Part shown: positions 1 through 11,110 of the stretch, piece after piece
How the letters are laid out: the number at the start of each line of letters is the position of its first letter
Position numbering within the stretch: the stretch's first letter is position 1
Source of the DNA: Camelus dromedarius
Taxonomy: Eukaryota
Assembly (NCBI RefSeq): GCF_036321535.1
Contig: NC_087447.1
Location: 7,502,001-7,566,000 of the forward strand
Length of the DNA: 64,000 bases
Reading direction: 5' to 3'
Notes under the pieces: model-generated
What the model saw: the letters and a program-made list of their open reading frames with translations, nothing else
Databases searched by the model: none
Told to the model about the DNA's origin: nothing
Position numbers and translations under genes: made by a program

Positions 1-3000
1 AACCGCGCCACCTCCAACCTGAGGGCCTCCTGCTCTGGGACAACACTGGCCAGGCTCTCCCCTGGGATCGGCCCCTCCCAGGCCTGGGCCTCATGAGCCC
101 CTTCCAGTTTCTGCTGTGGTTTTTGCTGGACTGGGTCCCCGACCACCCCCTCCAGCTTCTGTTCATGCTCTCTGGCTTCTGTTTGCCCATTGAGTAGGTC
201 CACCTTCTGGCCTGGGGTCTCCTGCTCCTCCAACTGAGCACAGAGGCTGGGCTCCGAGAGTCCAGGCTTGCTCCCGGGGCCCTCCTGTCTCAGCCCTGGG
301 GCCTTGGGCACCGACTCCCCAGTCTCTACTCCCAGCGACAGCTGAGCCTGAATTTTGATCTCTGGACCCTGAGGTAGAGCCACAGAGACAGGGGTCTGGA
401 GACAGGCTCCATGGCCAACCCCCTTCGGGAAGTCCTGTGCCTCTATGGCAGGGTCTGACTTCTGGAGCATCAGGTCTACAGGAACGATGGCAGCCATCTG
501 TGGGGGCCTCTCCACCACCTGTGAGTCTGAATCAGATGCCAGGGGAGCCAGGTCCAAGGTCTGGAGGCCTTCATCCGCTGCCTGACCAACGAAGCCCTGG
601 GGGCCATGGTCTGTGGCCAGGCAAGTCTGAGGAGCTGAATCTGGCTCTGGAACCACGGAGTCGTCGCTCTGCTCCTCCAGCAGGGGGTGCTGAGGGCACG
701 TAAGAGGGACGGTCAATCCCAGAGGAGGACGCTAGGAAGGACCTGCTGATGGCTGGGGGAGGGGACTCACCTGGCCACCTGGCTGCCCCTGCAGCACCTG
801 TAGCAGGCCCCGAAGCTCCTGATTCTCCCGCTCCAGGGTCCGCAGCCGCCCAGCCTCTGCCTCCCTCACTTCATCATGCAGAGAGGGGGCCACTCCTGGC
901 AGGGATGCTGGAGTGTGTGAGATGAAGTCAGGACCCCTCCCCTCCCGTAGCCCTGGCTTGTCACATACACCCCCCACCCCGACACAGCTAGGGGAAGGGC
1001 ATGAAATCAGAAGCCATCCCACGGTAGCTGCAGGAAAACACACCTCCCACCCCAACCCCTCCACAGGGGCTCCACTCACCCTCCCCAGGAGAGCCTGGGG
1101 GTGGCTCCAGGCTCCGCTGAAACTCCAACTCCAGCTCCACATTCTCCTCTGTCAGCTGGTCCACCTGATGCCGCAGAGAGTCCAGCTCCTGCGGGGAGGG
1201 CAAGGTCAGACAAGCCCTCCTCACCATGGCCAGACCAAGTGTGTGGGCTAGAGGGTCACTAGAGGAAACTGTGAGTAGGAGTCACAGGGATCACCAGGGA
1301 ACTCTGGAGGCCACTGCGGTTATGGGGCGGGGGGAGTCACAGTACACTGAGAGACCAGGGTCACTCTGGCAATCTCACCGCTTGGGTCTCACCCAGCCGG
1401 GTCCGCAGCAGCAGGTTCTCCCTCTGGGTCTCATGCAGCCGAGCACAACGCTCTTGAGCAGCCTCCAGCTGCTCCTCCAGCAGTGCTTTAGAGGCTTCCA
1501 GAGTGCCGGAGAGCACCCGCTCCTCCTGGTTGGGGAGCAGAGAGAACCAGCGACGTGATGCTGCTGCCCCCAAGCATTCCAAGGCCACAGACCCTGGCTC
1601 CCCTCCCCACATCCGCCCCTGCACCCCAGACCTCTCCCCTCCATCTGCCCCTCCCTCTCCAGTGTCTCTCCAGGTACCACTTCCCTAGCACCAGGCCTCG
1701 CCCCTTCTTCCCACGAACTGCCTTCCAAGGTGGCATCCTTCTAGACCCTACTTATCTCTTATTGCTCCAGACACTTCCTCCCCTACAGTTGGCCCTACCC
1801 TCCTCTCCAGGACCTACCCTAACCTACAGCCCCACCCACTCCATTTGCCCCATCCTCCAGAGGGCCTATCCCCAGACACCACCTCACCCATTTCTCTTAG
1901 TGGTGACTGTTTCCTCCATAAGGCCAAACCCTCTCGAGCCTAGGCCCAAATTCTCTCCTCTCATAGCCCACCCACTCCCTGGCAGGCCCCGCCCCCTCCC
2001 CACGCCCCGCCCCCGAGGCCCCGCCTCCCGCCTCACCTCCAGCTGGCCCTTGCAGGCCTCGGCCGCCTGCAGCCGCTCCCGGCAGCGTCGCAGCTCCTCC
2101 TGGAGGCGGGGCAGGCGGCCGGCCCGCTCTCGCAATGCCTCTGCCTCCTCCCTGTACAGCTCGGCTCGCTTGGCCTGTCCCGACAGTGCCTGGGCCTGGG
2201 CCAAATGATGCGGAGCTGGGAACGGCCAGCCGCTAGCCAGAGAGATTAGGACGGGAAGGAGCCGGGTCGGGGGAAACCAGAGGAGGGGGAAGTGCGGGGA
2301 GAGGGTTAGGGAAATGCGGCGATGGCGGGGAGCGTCTGAGAGCGCACCTCCTGGCGGAGCCTTCGAATTTCGGCCTCCAAGCCCTGCACCTCCGCCTGGG
2401 AATCTAGCATCAGCTCGGCTTTCTCCTCCCTGGAGGGAAGGGATACAGGAGGGGTCTGAGGACCCCTTCGTAGGCCTGATCCCGACTGGGACCACATCCA
2501 GGCTTAATCTGTTACCCCTCCCCCCAGGTCTCCTTCCCAGCCTGTGGCACTCACAGCTCATGTCGCAGGCGCCGCAGCTGGGCCTTGGCGTTGGCCAGTT
2601 GCAGGGCCAGGTGGTGTGAGGGGCCCTCTGGAGGAGTCCTAGCAGGAGTCTCTGGCAACAGGGGGGCCGTCTTGCGCTCCAGCAGCAGTTCAGCCAGCCG
2701 CTGTGGGAGGTCAAGGGTCAGAGTCAGGAGTACCCCATTCCAAGACCCCCACATCTGCCCCCAGCTACCGAAAGCAAGGTGATCTGGCTGCTGCAGCCTC
2801 CTGGCCCAAGACCTACCACCCCAACCCCATACCTGGGTCCCAGTCCCCATCTACCACACACACCTGATTCCCACGGTTCTCCTGTTCCTCCACCTGCCGC
2901 CCCTTACCTGGACCCCCACATCACGCTCCCTCGCCAGCCTCAACAGCATGCCCATCAGGCTCCGGGACAGCGTCTCCAGCTCCGGAGGTGCCAGCTCCCC

Positions 3001-4365
3001 AGGCTCAGGCCCAGCCAGCGCCAGCACAACGCCTGCCCCAGGCTGGGTCACCTGGAGGCACAGAGGGAGCAGTTTAGCCAAAGAAGTGGGAGGCAGGGTG
3101 TCCCCGAGTGGGGTGCCAGTCCAAAGTTGTACCTCCTGGATGGCAGCAGCCAACTCACTCTGGACCTCCAGGCTGAGGCCCTGGATGTGTCGGATGAACA
3201 GTTCCCGGTGCTCACACTGAAGGGAGACAAGGAGGCAGGGGAAGAGGCTGATGCCAGAGTCTCCCACCTCTGCAGCCAAAGCTGGACCCTCCCCTTTCCT
3301 CCCCTACTCACCTGCACTGATGCCCCCAGCAATAGCCTAAGAATGCCTTCCAGCTCCTCCACCGCCTCCTCTGCAGGGCACAAGCCACAAGGTGTTAACG
3401 GGCAGGGGGAGGGGGTAGAAGCAGGAAGGGGTAGTGGGAGAGAGCACCTGAGAAGGGATCAAACCCCAGGGTCTGGAGGTCTGGTGGTGGTGATAGGATC
3501 AGCAGCTGCAGCTCCTCCTAGGGTGGAGGGGGTGGGAGATATGAGAGGGGCCTTCCCACAGGGGGCTCCAGGCTCAACCTCCCCCTTCCAACCCCTCACC
3601 TGGTAGAAGTCCCTCAGTCGTCCCCACAGGTGGTTCATGTTCCACACCCGCCAGGCTGCAGGACCATCATGGCCCCTAAGCATTCTCAGGCCCCCTCGAG
3701 ACCTGGGGGCACTGGGGCGATAGGCAGGAGGGGTAATTGAGGACCCACCTCCCCTAAGCCAGGCTCTGCCCACCGCCCTCGGGCTCCTCCCACCAGGCTG
3801 CCCAGCCCCCTCCCCTAAACCCCTTGGCAGCCGCCCCTGATCCTCTGATGCCCCTTACATGATGCCCAGCACCCGGAGGAGCAGGGCCCCATCGCTGAGA
3901 CGTAAGAACCTCTTCTCCAGACAAAGCGGCCCCTCTCCTTCCTCCTCCTCTTCCCCCTCGGGCTCCTCCACCTCCCCCACCAGCCCGGCCAGTCCCAGCG
4001 CCTGTGGAACACAAAGGAGTCAGCTGGCCTGGGTGGGAGCTCCCCACCAGCAAAGTGAATCCTGAGCCCGTCTGACCTGCCCCCTGAGCCCATGCAGCCC
4101 CCTCGTCACCAATTCCCTGAATGCCAGTGGCCCAGGGTCTGGCCCCCTTTTCCTGCTACACAGCTGCCTGGACTTCTCCATTCCCCTCTTGAGCCCACCC
4201 CTCCCCTCTGGCCCCAGCTCTGCCCCGCTCTCCCCCAGCCCCAACACCAGCCCCTCCCTGCTGCTCACTTCCCCTCCGCTGCCCGCCCTCCCCCTACCCC
4301 CTCACCCAGGTGGCCAGGCTCCCACTCAGGAAGTCTCTGATCCTGGGCCCCTTGCTCCCATCCAT
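1..4365 (-). CDS. CCDC88B: Coiled-coil domain-containing protein 88B (Gipie/HkRP3), 5' part; gene continues left of the window
   Basis: Coding exons (- strand, all GT-AG, phases consistent): 4306-4365 (MDGSKGPRIRDFLSGSLATW), 3859-4001, 3600-3711, 3448-3517, 3312-3370, 3133-3216, 2908-3051, 2555-2700, 2348-2429, 2037-2195, 1379-1525, 1080-1188, 771-907, and large exon 1-689 (open to the window edge). Translation matches the recalled human hook-domain and coiled-coil sequence (CEHRELFIRHIQGLSLEVQSELAAAIQE; AQALSGQAKRAELYREEAEALRERAGRLPRLQEEL). Confidence 0.96.
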
Positions 4366-4770
4366 GACAGGGTCAGGGTGTTGGTCCCCGCTGTGGTAGC
4401 TACACCTGCCCCGAGAGGAAGAGGAAGTCCCCGGCTGGGGGATCCCAGGCCCAGCCACAGACACCCTGTGCAGCTTCCTCCTTCCGGGTGCTGACAGACT
4501 GTGCACCCCCAGAGTCTTGCCTCAGCCCCCCTCGCCGCTCCGCATCCTCCTAGCATCTCCAGCAGAGCTGGCCCAGAGGTTAGCCAGGGAAGGTGGAGTC
4601 AGGGCCACCCAAGAACAAGGCCCACAGCTTTCCTGGCTCAATGGACCATGGCGGGTGAGTCCTCCACCTCTCCGGGCCTCAATTACCCAACTTGAAACCC
4701 AAGTGGGTAACCTTGGCCTTCCACCTTCCAGGGCCTCTGAAGGGGCTCCAGGACTTCCGTGATGAGTCTT
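4320..4770 (-). promoter_or_regulatory. CCDC88B 5' region with ETS and RUNX motifs
   Basis: GAGGAAGT 4421-4428, CTTCCTCCTTCCGG 4474-4487, ACTTCCGT 4753-4760 (ETS cores) and TGTGGT 4392-4397 (RUNX); fits known leukocyte expression. Motif match only. Confidence 0.45.
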
Positions 4771-5049
4771 GGTGCCTACACTGGCATCTTTTGATTTGCC
4801 CAGCCTCTCTTTCCCATTGATGTTTCTCAGACTTACCCAAACCACTCTCCTGACCCATGAAGCCTGGGAGATGCCGCCTCTCACATCAAGTCTCCTCTGA
4901 ACCCCCACCAGAAGTGAGTACCCCTCCTTGGACCACACTCTCCCCCATATTTTATATACACAGGACTGAGATGGGACATCTGTCCTGTAGGCTGAGGGAA
5001 ACAGACATCACACGTCTGTCAGATTCCAAATGTGCAGGAGTTTTCTGAA

Positions 5050-5272
5050 CACTGTAAATAATTTTTTTTGCTTCTATTTTCCTTTTTCTTTGTGCATCAG
5101 AATTATATATGAAGAGAATCTATGTCTAAGTCAAAAAGAGCTCCTTGGGGAAGGATAAAATAAAAATTCTAGTGATGAAAGCACCCTGGGACGCAGTTAA
5201 CTGGCAGCATTCCTTGTTTCCTTAGTGGCAGCTTTTACAATCAATGACATCTTAAATTTGATGAAACATGGA
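5050..5272 (-). mobile_element. Old Tc2/Kanga-like DNA transposon remnant
   Basis: AT-rich block ending in ttacaatcaatgacatcttaaatttgatgaaacatgg, resembling the reverse complement of the recalled Kanga terminus. Confidence 0.35.
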
Positions 5273-5319
5273 GCAATAGTGCAAACCCAGGCTTACCATG
5301 AGCCGGTCCTGGTTACAGC

Positions 5320-5470
5320 TACTTTACACTTACTAACTTATTTGCATTGGATTGGGTATTAAATGGGGACTAGGGATTATCTCCAATTTACAGAGAGCGA
5401 AATTGAGATTCAGAGAGGTTACTAACTTGACCAAAGTCACACAGCAACAAAGTGGTGGTCTGACCAGGCA
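5320..5470 (-). mobile_element. MIR SINE fragment
   Basis: attatctccaatttacagagagcgaaattgagattcagagaggttactaacttgaccaaagtcacacagc matches the MIR core in antisense. Confidence 0.75.
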
Positions 5471-6203
5471 ATGGGAGGCAGAGCAGGGTTGTTAGCAGAA
5501 GAACCTAGCTAGTTGTTTGAAGCCTCCTGAGACACATCTGAAAATGCAGATAATCCCCTCAGAGAGTTGTTATGAGGATTCCATGAGCTGGTGCCCAACT
5601 TAAGCGGTCATTAAATGGTCCCTGGTGTGGTTATTATCTTTAATTGTAATAATATCAAGGACCCATCCAGATTTGACCCTCTGCGAATCTTATTTGCATC
5701 CCTCAGGGATTCCAGCCCAGGATGTACTCCAGAGCGCCTGCTCTGGGTTAGCCAAGTGTGGTGACGAGGCCTCACCTCCTGGCACCTGAGGGCCCCTGCC
5801 TTGCTCAACTGAGTCATACCCTTCCTCCAGCCTCCTCAGAGGCAGGGGCTGTGTTGCCCCATTGCTCTTGCCGATTGCTGTCACATTGGTCACTCCAGAC
5901 ATGCCAGGCTGCACCTCAGTCTCTCAATCTGGTTCTGCGACTTGGTTCAGCTGAGTCAGGCCCAAGGAGGCTCGAAGGGGAGGGAGGAGGTGGGGGAAGG
6001 GCTCCCTCACCAGCTGACACAGAGCTTCTGGGATTTCTGGATTTCAGGGCTCAGTTAGCTGTTGAGGGATTTTCATCAGAGGCTGGCAGTGGTCCCTCTC
6101 CTTAGGCTAGATTTTTCCTTTAAAACATTTTTCAGATGCATGATTAAAAGAAGTCAAGAGGGGGTAGGGTAAAAACAAAATAAGTAAATAAATAAAATAA
6201 AAT

Positions 6204-6370
6204 AGGGGGTAGGGTACAGCTCAGTGGCAGAGGACCTGCTTAGCATGCATGAGGTCCTGGGTTCAATACCCAGTACCTCCACTAAAAAAAGAGAGAGAGA
6301 AATAAAATTTAAAATTAATAAATAAACCTAATTACCTCCTCCCACCAAAAAAAAAAAAAAAAAAAAAAAA
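6204..6370 (+). mobile_element. Camelid tRNA-Ala-derived SINE (Vic-1-like)
   Basis: gggggtagggtacagctcagtggcagag...cttagcatgcatgaggtcctgggttcaatacccagtacctcca head, then taaataaacctaattacc body and poly-A; aagtcaag at 6151-6158 and 6370-6377 is a candidate TSD. Confidence 0.88.
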
Positions 6371-7732
6371 AGTCAAGGTGCTTAAAAATATAGAGAAAAA
6401 AATCAAGTCTCCCAACCCCAAGTCCCCAGCCCTTCGTTGGCATTTTCTGTGTCCTTCCTGAGCTGCAGCTCCCATGTCCGTCTATAACAGGTAGATGCAA
6501 CCACACCCAAGTACAGTCCACCGTCTGCTTCATTTCTGTTCCGAACCATTGGCCTTGGCCTTTTTAAGGGCTACGTAGCATTCTACTGTGCTGCTCTCCC
6601 ATCATCTATTCAGCTGTCTCTGGGTAACAAAGACTTTAACTATCTGCATCTTTTGCTATTACTCCAGTGCCATAATGACCGCCCTTCTCAGGTATCTTTT
6701 TCTGGAAGTTTTTAAGGAGCGTTGGTGCCCACTGCTGCCAACATGGGGAACACCAGGAGACAGGCAAGGAGCAGAGAAAGACAGACAAACAAATGGACAA
6801 TGTCATCAACTGCCACCGTGTCCCTGCAATCTTCCCGCTCGGGGTTCACCTTCCCCGTCGGCACAGGGTGGGAGTAGCAAAGATTTCATCTCCCAGTTTC
6901 CTTCTGGCTTTGAATTCTCTAGCCCTGGTCCAACCCCTAAAAGGCCAGAGGCAGGAGGGTACTGGGGCTCCAGGAAGTAGAGTCCAGGAAGGCCAGGGCA
7001 GGTGGCAGCTGGGTTCAGCCGGTGCCCAGGACCAACCAGAGCTATGTCAGAGAATGGCTTTTTCTCCCTGCCTGCAGTGGGCCCCGTGCCCTGCCTAGTA
7101 CCCCAGTGGCTTGGCTGGGGCCCAGCTCCCTAACCAGATGGTTCAGGGCCCCAGGCTCAAGAACTAAAATCAAAAAACAGCTCTGGGAACTTCTGGGCGC
7201 CTGACCCTCTGGTGTTGGGTCTGAGGGACTCCTTCTTCCCCACCCAAGTGTCTGAGAAGGGGTGATTTTCCTACCCACCATTTGGGGGTGGAAATAGCCA
7301 GAGTAGGGCAAGAGCGGAAAGGCCCAGCACAGCGGCCCAAACGAGCTGCCCAGGTGGGAGAAGGCAGTGGGAAGCCGGAGCCAGGGAGGGTGGGGCCCAG
7401 GGCCATCTGCCAAGTGCCGGGCCAGCTGCCCGGGGACTCAGGGTGCGGCCTACAAGGCCTGGGACCCAGCACTGAGAGGACACGGCAGAGCCCAGCCCCG
7501 ACTACCTGACACTCGGTCAGCTCTCCCTTCCTACTCTCCTCAGGGTGTCCCCATGCTCCGGAGGGCCCTGCCTGGCCCTAAGCCTCTTGCCAAGACTGGC
7601 ACCCTGGCACCAATCCTTCTCCCAGTGGCCTCCAGGAGTCGTTCAGAAATACTGACTGGCTCGTAACCCTTCCCTGCTTAAAACCCTTCAGTGACTCTTC
7701 CCTGTACTTTGAATCAAGTTGCAGCCTCTCAA

Positions 7733-7885
7733 GGGTAGGGTATAGCTCACTGGTGGAGCGTGTGCTTAGCATGCCAGAGGTCCTGGGTTCAATCCCCAGT
7801 ACCTCCATTAAAAATAAATAAGTAAATAAACCTAATTACCTACCCTCTCTCCCTAAAAATAAACTAAAAATTACAAAATTAAAAT
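7733..7885 (+). mobile_element. Camelid tRNA-Ala-derived SINE (Vic-1-like)
   Basis: gggtagggtatagctcactggtggagcgtgtgcttagcatgccagaggtcctgggttcaatccccagtacctcca plus A-rich tail with aaacctaattacc. Confidence 0.88.
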
Positions 7886-7887
7886 TA

Positions 7888-8040
7888 GGGAAGGGTAGAG
7901 CTCAGTGGCAGAGAGCATGCTTAGCATGCACGAGGTCCTAGTTCAATCCCCAGTACCTCTATTTAAATAAAATAAACACACCACCCCTTCCCCACCCAAA
8001 TGAAAAAAAAATTAAAATAAAAATAGAAGTTTTAAAAAAA
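7888..8040 (+). mobile_element. Camelid tRNA-Ala-derived SINE, in tandem with the previous copy
   Basis: gggaagggtagagctcagtggcagagagcatgcttagcatgcacgaggtcctagttcaatccccagtacctc plus A-rich tail. Confidence 0.85.
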
Positions 8041-8529
8041 GCCTTTCACCCTGACCTCCTCCGAGGCCCAGCAGAGCGACCCCAGCTCACCATGGACTTG
8101 CACTTGCACACCCCCACTTCCTCTGCCGCACACCATCTCCGGACCAGCTTCGTCAGTCTCTCTCCTGCCCTAGGCACCTCTGCACTTGTTGCTCCCCAAC
8201 CAGTAACACCCTCTCTAGCCCACCTCCGCGCACACCCTCGCTCTACCCCCATCCAGCTGCTTCTCTCCCTACTGGTTTGCCTAATGGCCTCTGTCTCAAA
8301 AAAGATTTTCCCTTTCTAAAGGAGACCCCAGTCCTTCTTCCCTTGTAGTCTTATTCTGCTCTGAAGCTTCCCTTGTTCGCTTCATCTGCTCCCCACTAGA
8401 GTGGGAGCTCCATGATGACAGGAATGCTGTGGGGTCATCCAGGGCTGCAGGCCAGGCCCCGGAGACCATGAGAGCGCCAACATATGCTGACCCCTTGCCC
8501 TTGCCGGCTCTGTCCTTCACGTGTATTAA

Positions 8530-8660
8530 TCACTCAATCCCCTCCACAGCCGTAGAATATAGGGGCTGTGATCATCGTCGCCTTTTATGATGAAGAGACT
8601 TAACACAGAGAGGTTAAGTCACTCACTTAAGGCCACACAGCCAGGAAATGGTAGAGCCAC
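8530..8660 (-). mobile_element. MIR SINE fragment
   Basis: ttttatgatgaagagacttaacacagagaggttaagtcactcacttaaggccacacagccaggaaatggtagagcc. Confidence 0.7.
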
Positions 8661-9924
8661 GACACAGAAGGCCGCCGAATTAATGTCTTTGAACAAATGA
8701 ATTCCTATTTCAGAGACGAGGAGAGTGAGGCTCAGAGGGGCATGGGGATAAGGAGGGCAACTGAGAGTAAACGCAAGTCCTCAGGCTCGCTCTGAGAGCT
8801 GCATCTTCCCCCTGGTCCCCACTGCCTTGTCGCAGCGGGAGGGAAGGGCTGGAGCCCAGAGCCCAGTTAGCAAGCACGGGGAGACCAGTGCCAAGCCCCA
8901 AGGTTGCCAGCCTCCCCCATAATTAATGACACACATATCAAAGACAGCTCCGAGGTACCATTAAATATCCATTAAGCGAGCAAAAAAAATAAATCCAGAA
9001 GGTAAAACTGGGGCTGGCACACTGTGGGGAGACGGGCACATGCACACATCCACAAGGGCCCTTAAAACAGCCTCAGAGTTCCTAGACACCAGTAAAACCG
9101 CCGGTGCCCTTTGACCCAGCATTCTTACCATTTGGGAACATGCTCCAAGGAAGAAGCCCAAGAGGAAACAAAAATAGAAATGTATCTGGAGCTGCCCCTA
9201 GCCAAATCCTGGAGACACTCAGTGTCCACCCAGGGAACCCACCTGTGCTGTGCAGCGTGGTCAGAATCCCTGTTCTGCCCTCCCCTGGGCAGCTCAGTCC
9301 TGACCTCTCCTGTCTGCCTCAACTTTAGGCCTTAGCACAGGCTGTTCCCACCACCTGGAACACCCTTTCCACCTCTGCTCACTCGGCTCTCGCCTATTCA
9401 TTTCTCAGCCACAGCCGGAAGTCCTTTTCTCCCTCCCACCACCCCCAACCCCACCACGGTAGGGTAGGGTAGTGGGTAGGGTTCTGTAATACCCTAAACG
9501 ACCAACCTGTGCTTCTTTCTGGTCATCATAGTTTCACCACACTCTTTACAAGGGCTCACCTGGAGTCTGGCGCCCCCACTAAACTGTGAGCACATCGAGG
9601 TGGGAACCAGAGCTACGCAGGCACTGCCCGCTCTGGGAGAACACTACTGAAGTAGTGCCCTGCAGAGGCGCCGCCAGGGCCGGTGCCCCGCACATGCACT
9701 GCTCTGTCGCCGGGGCCCCGCACAGTGCCTGTTGCAGAGATGACTCTCATCAAACAGCTGCTGGATGCAAGATGCTGATGTGACTGTGGGGGTCCTGTGC
9801 AACCCCAGAGAACCTGAACATACTTTCACAGCTACATGAGGACGTGCACACGTGCATCGCAATGCTCAGAAGAGACAAGCAGATTCATCCTGGGAGAAAT
9901 CACTGAGATTAAAAAATCCATCTT

Positions 9925-10107
9925 AGGGGGAGGTTATAGTTCAAGTGGTAGAGTGCATGCTTAGCATGCCTGAGGTCCTGGGTTCAATCTCCAGTACCTC
10001 CTCCAAATGGAAATACATAAATAAACCTAATTACCCTCCCCCAATAAAACAAACAAAAAAAGAAAATTAAATGGCCAATAAATAAAGATATACTAAATAT
10101 CACTTTT
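9925..10107 (+). mobile_element. Camelid tRNA-Ala-derived SINE with TSD
   Basis: ggggaggttatagttcaagtggtagagtgcatgcttagcatgcctgaggtcctgggttcaatc head; flanked by ttaaaaa(a)tccatctt at 9909-9924 and 10108-10122. Confidence 0.9.
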
Positions 10108-10122
10108 TTAAAAATCCATCTT

Positions 10123-10230
10123 TGTAGTGGTGATAGTTGCACAACTTGGTGAATAGACTACAGACCACTGAATTGTTCACTTTTGAAGGGTGAATTATAT
10201 GTCAAAGAAACTCTGTCTTTGATAAAGCTG
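10123..10230 (+). mobile_element. Old L1 (L1M-type) 3' UTR fragment
   Basis: gtggtgatagttgcacaacttggtgaatagactacagaccactgaattgttcactttt is typical of ancient mammalian L1 3' ends. Confidence 0.7.
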
Positions 10231-10619
10231 AGAGTGTAACCCACATAGACTTGTTCAGGGAAGGGACTGGAAATGGGCTGTTGTCCTCAGCAAATGGGAT
10301 TGACCTGGAGCCTCCAAGGTAGAGTCACTTGGGCAGGAATAGGAAAGGGAGGGGCATCCCATTGTGAACATTGTCAGGGAGATGCTGAAGAGGCCAGAGC
10401 TTGGAGAACCCACAAGCTAAGGAATCAGGGTGACGGTGGAGACTAAAGTTGCAGGGACAGAGCTTGAGGATATGAGGCAATCACACAAGGATCTGAGACA
10501 ACTTAGTATGTGCTCCTGCCAAGGCTGATGGGAGTAGCAGGGAAGTGACATTGTCCCTTGGGAGGCCCTGGAGCACCCCCGCAAAGTTTCTTCTGCTCAG
10601 AGGCAATCCCCTCAGGTGG

Positions 10620-11110
10620 CCCACACTGCTTGTTGTCCACCCAATATCCTTTCTCCCTTTCTTGTTTGGTAATAGTACCCCTGACTTTTTAGACACATGG
10701 CACCCTGGAATAAAGTCGATGTTTCCCAGCGTCTCTCGCTGCTACTATGATCATGTGACTAACTTCTGGCCAACAAGATTTAAGCGGAAATGATACAGGG
10801 CAGGTTCCAGAAAACCCTCTTCAGAGACAGCTGGTATGGGCCTTTTATCTCCGATTCCCCATTTCCTCCTTCCTGCTGGCTGGACTTTGGCTGTGACGGC
10901 TGGAATTCAAGCAGCCACATTGGATTGTGAGGTAGAAGTCACATGTTTAAAATGGCAGAGTGGCAAGACAGAAGGAGCAGGGGTCTCTAATAATCATACA
11001 GCTGCCATACTAGCCCTAGATTATCAACCTTCCTACTGCATGTCTGTGAGCTAAGCCTCTGTATTAAGTCCCTGGTATTTACATCCCTCTCAGGCAAATC
11101 TAGTTCTAAT
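10620..11110. mobile_element. ERVL-MaLR solo LTR (MLT1-like)
   Basis: catgtgactaacttctggccaa and ttcctgctggctggactttggctgtgacggctggaattcaagcagccacattggattgtgagg...aagacagaaggagcagggg match recalled MLT1J/K/L internal motifs. Confidence 0.6.

Noticed and set aside
1-689. Apparent frameshift or missing ORF in CCDC88B exon 14
   Set aside because: Codon-by-codon reading shows the frame is open from 689 to the window edge; the ORF track omits it because no stop lies inside the window.
2700-2910. Possible orthologue of an intronic CCDC88B microRNA annotated in human
   Set aside because: No convincing hairpin seen, and the sequence cannot be matched from memory.
6204-6285. tRNA-Ala(AGC)-like sequences (also at 7733, 7888, 9925, 27895, 48880)
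   Set aside because: Each continues into a shared non-tRNA body, an A-rich tail and often a TSD, with scattered stem mismatches; these are SINE heads, not tRNA genes.
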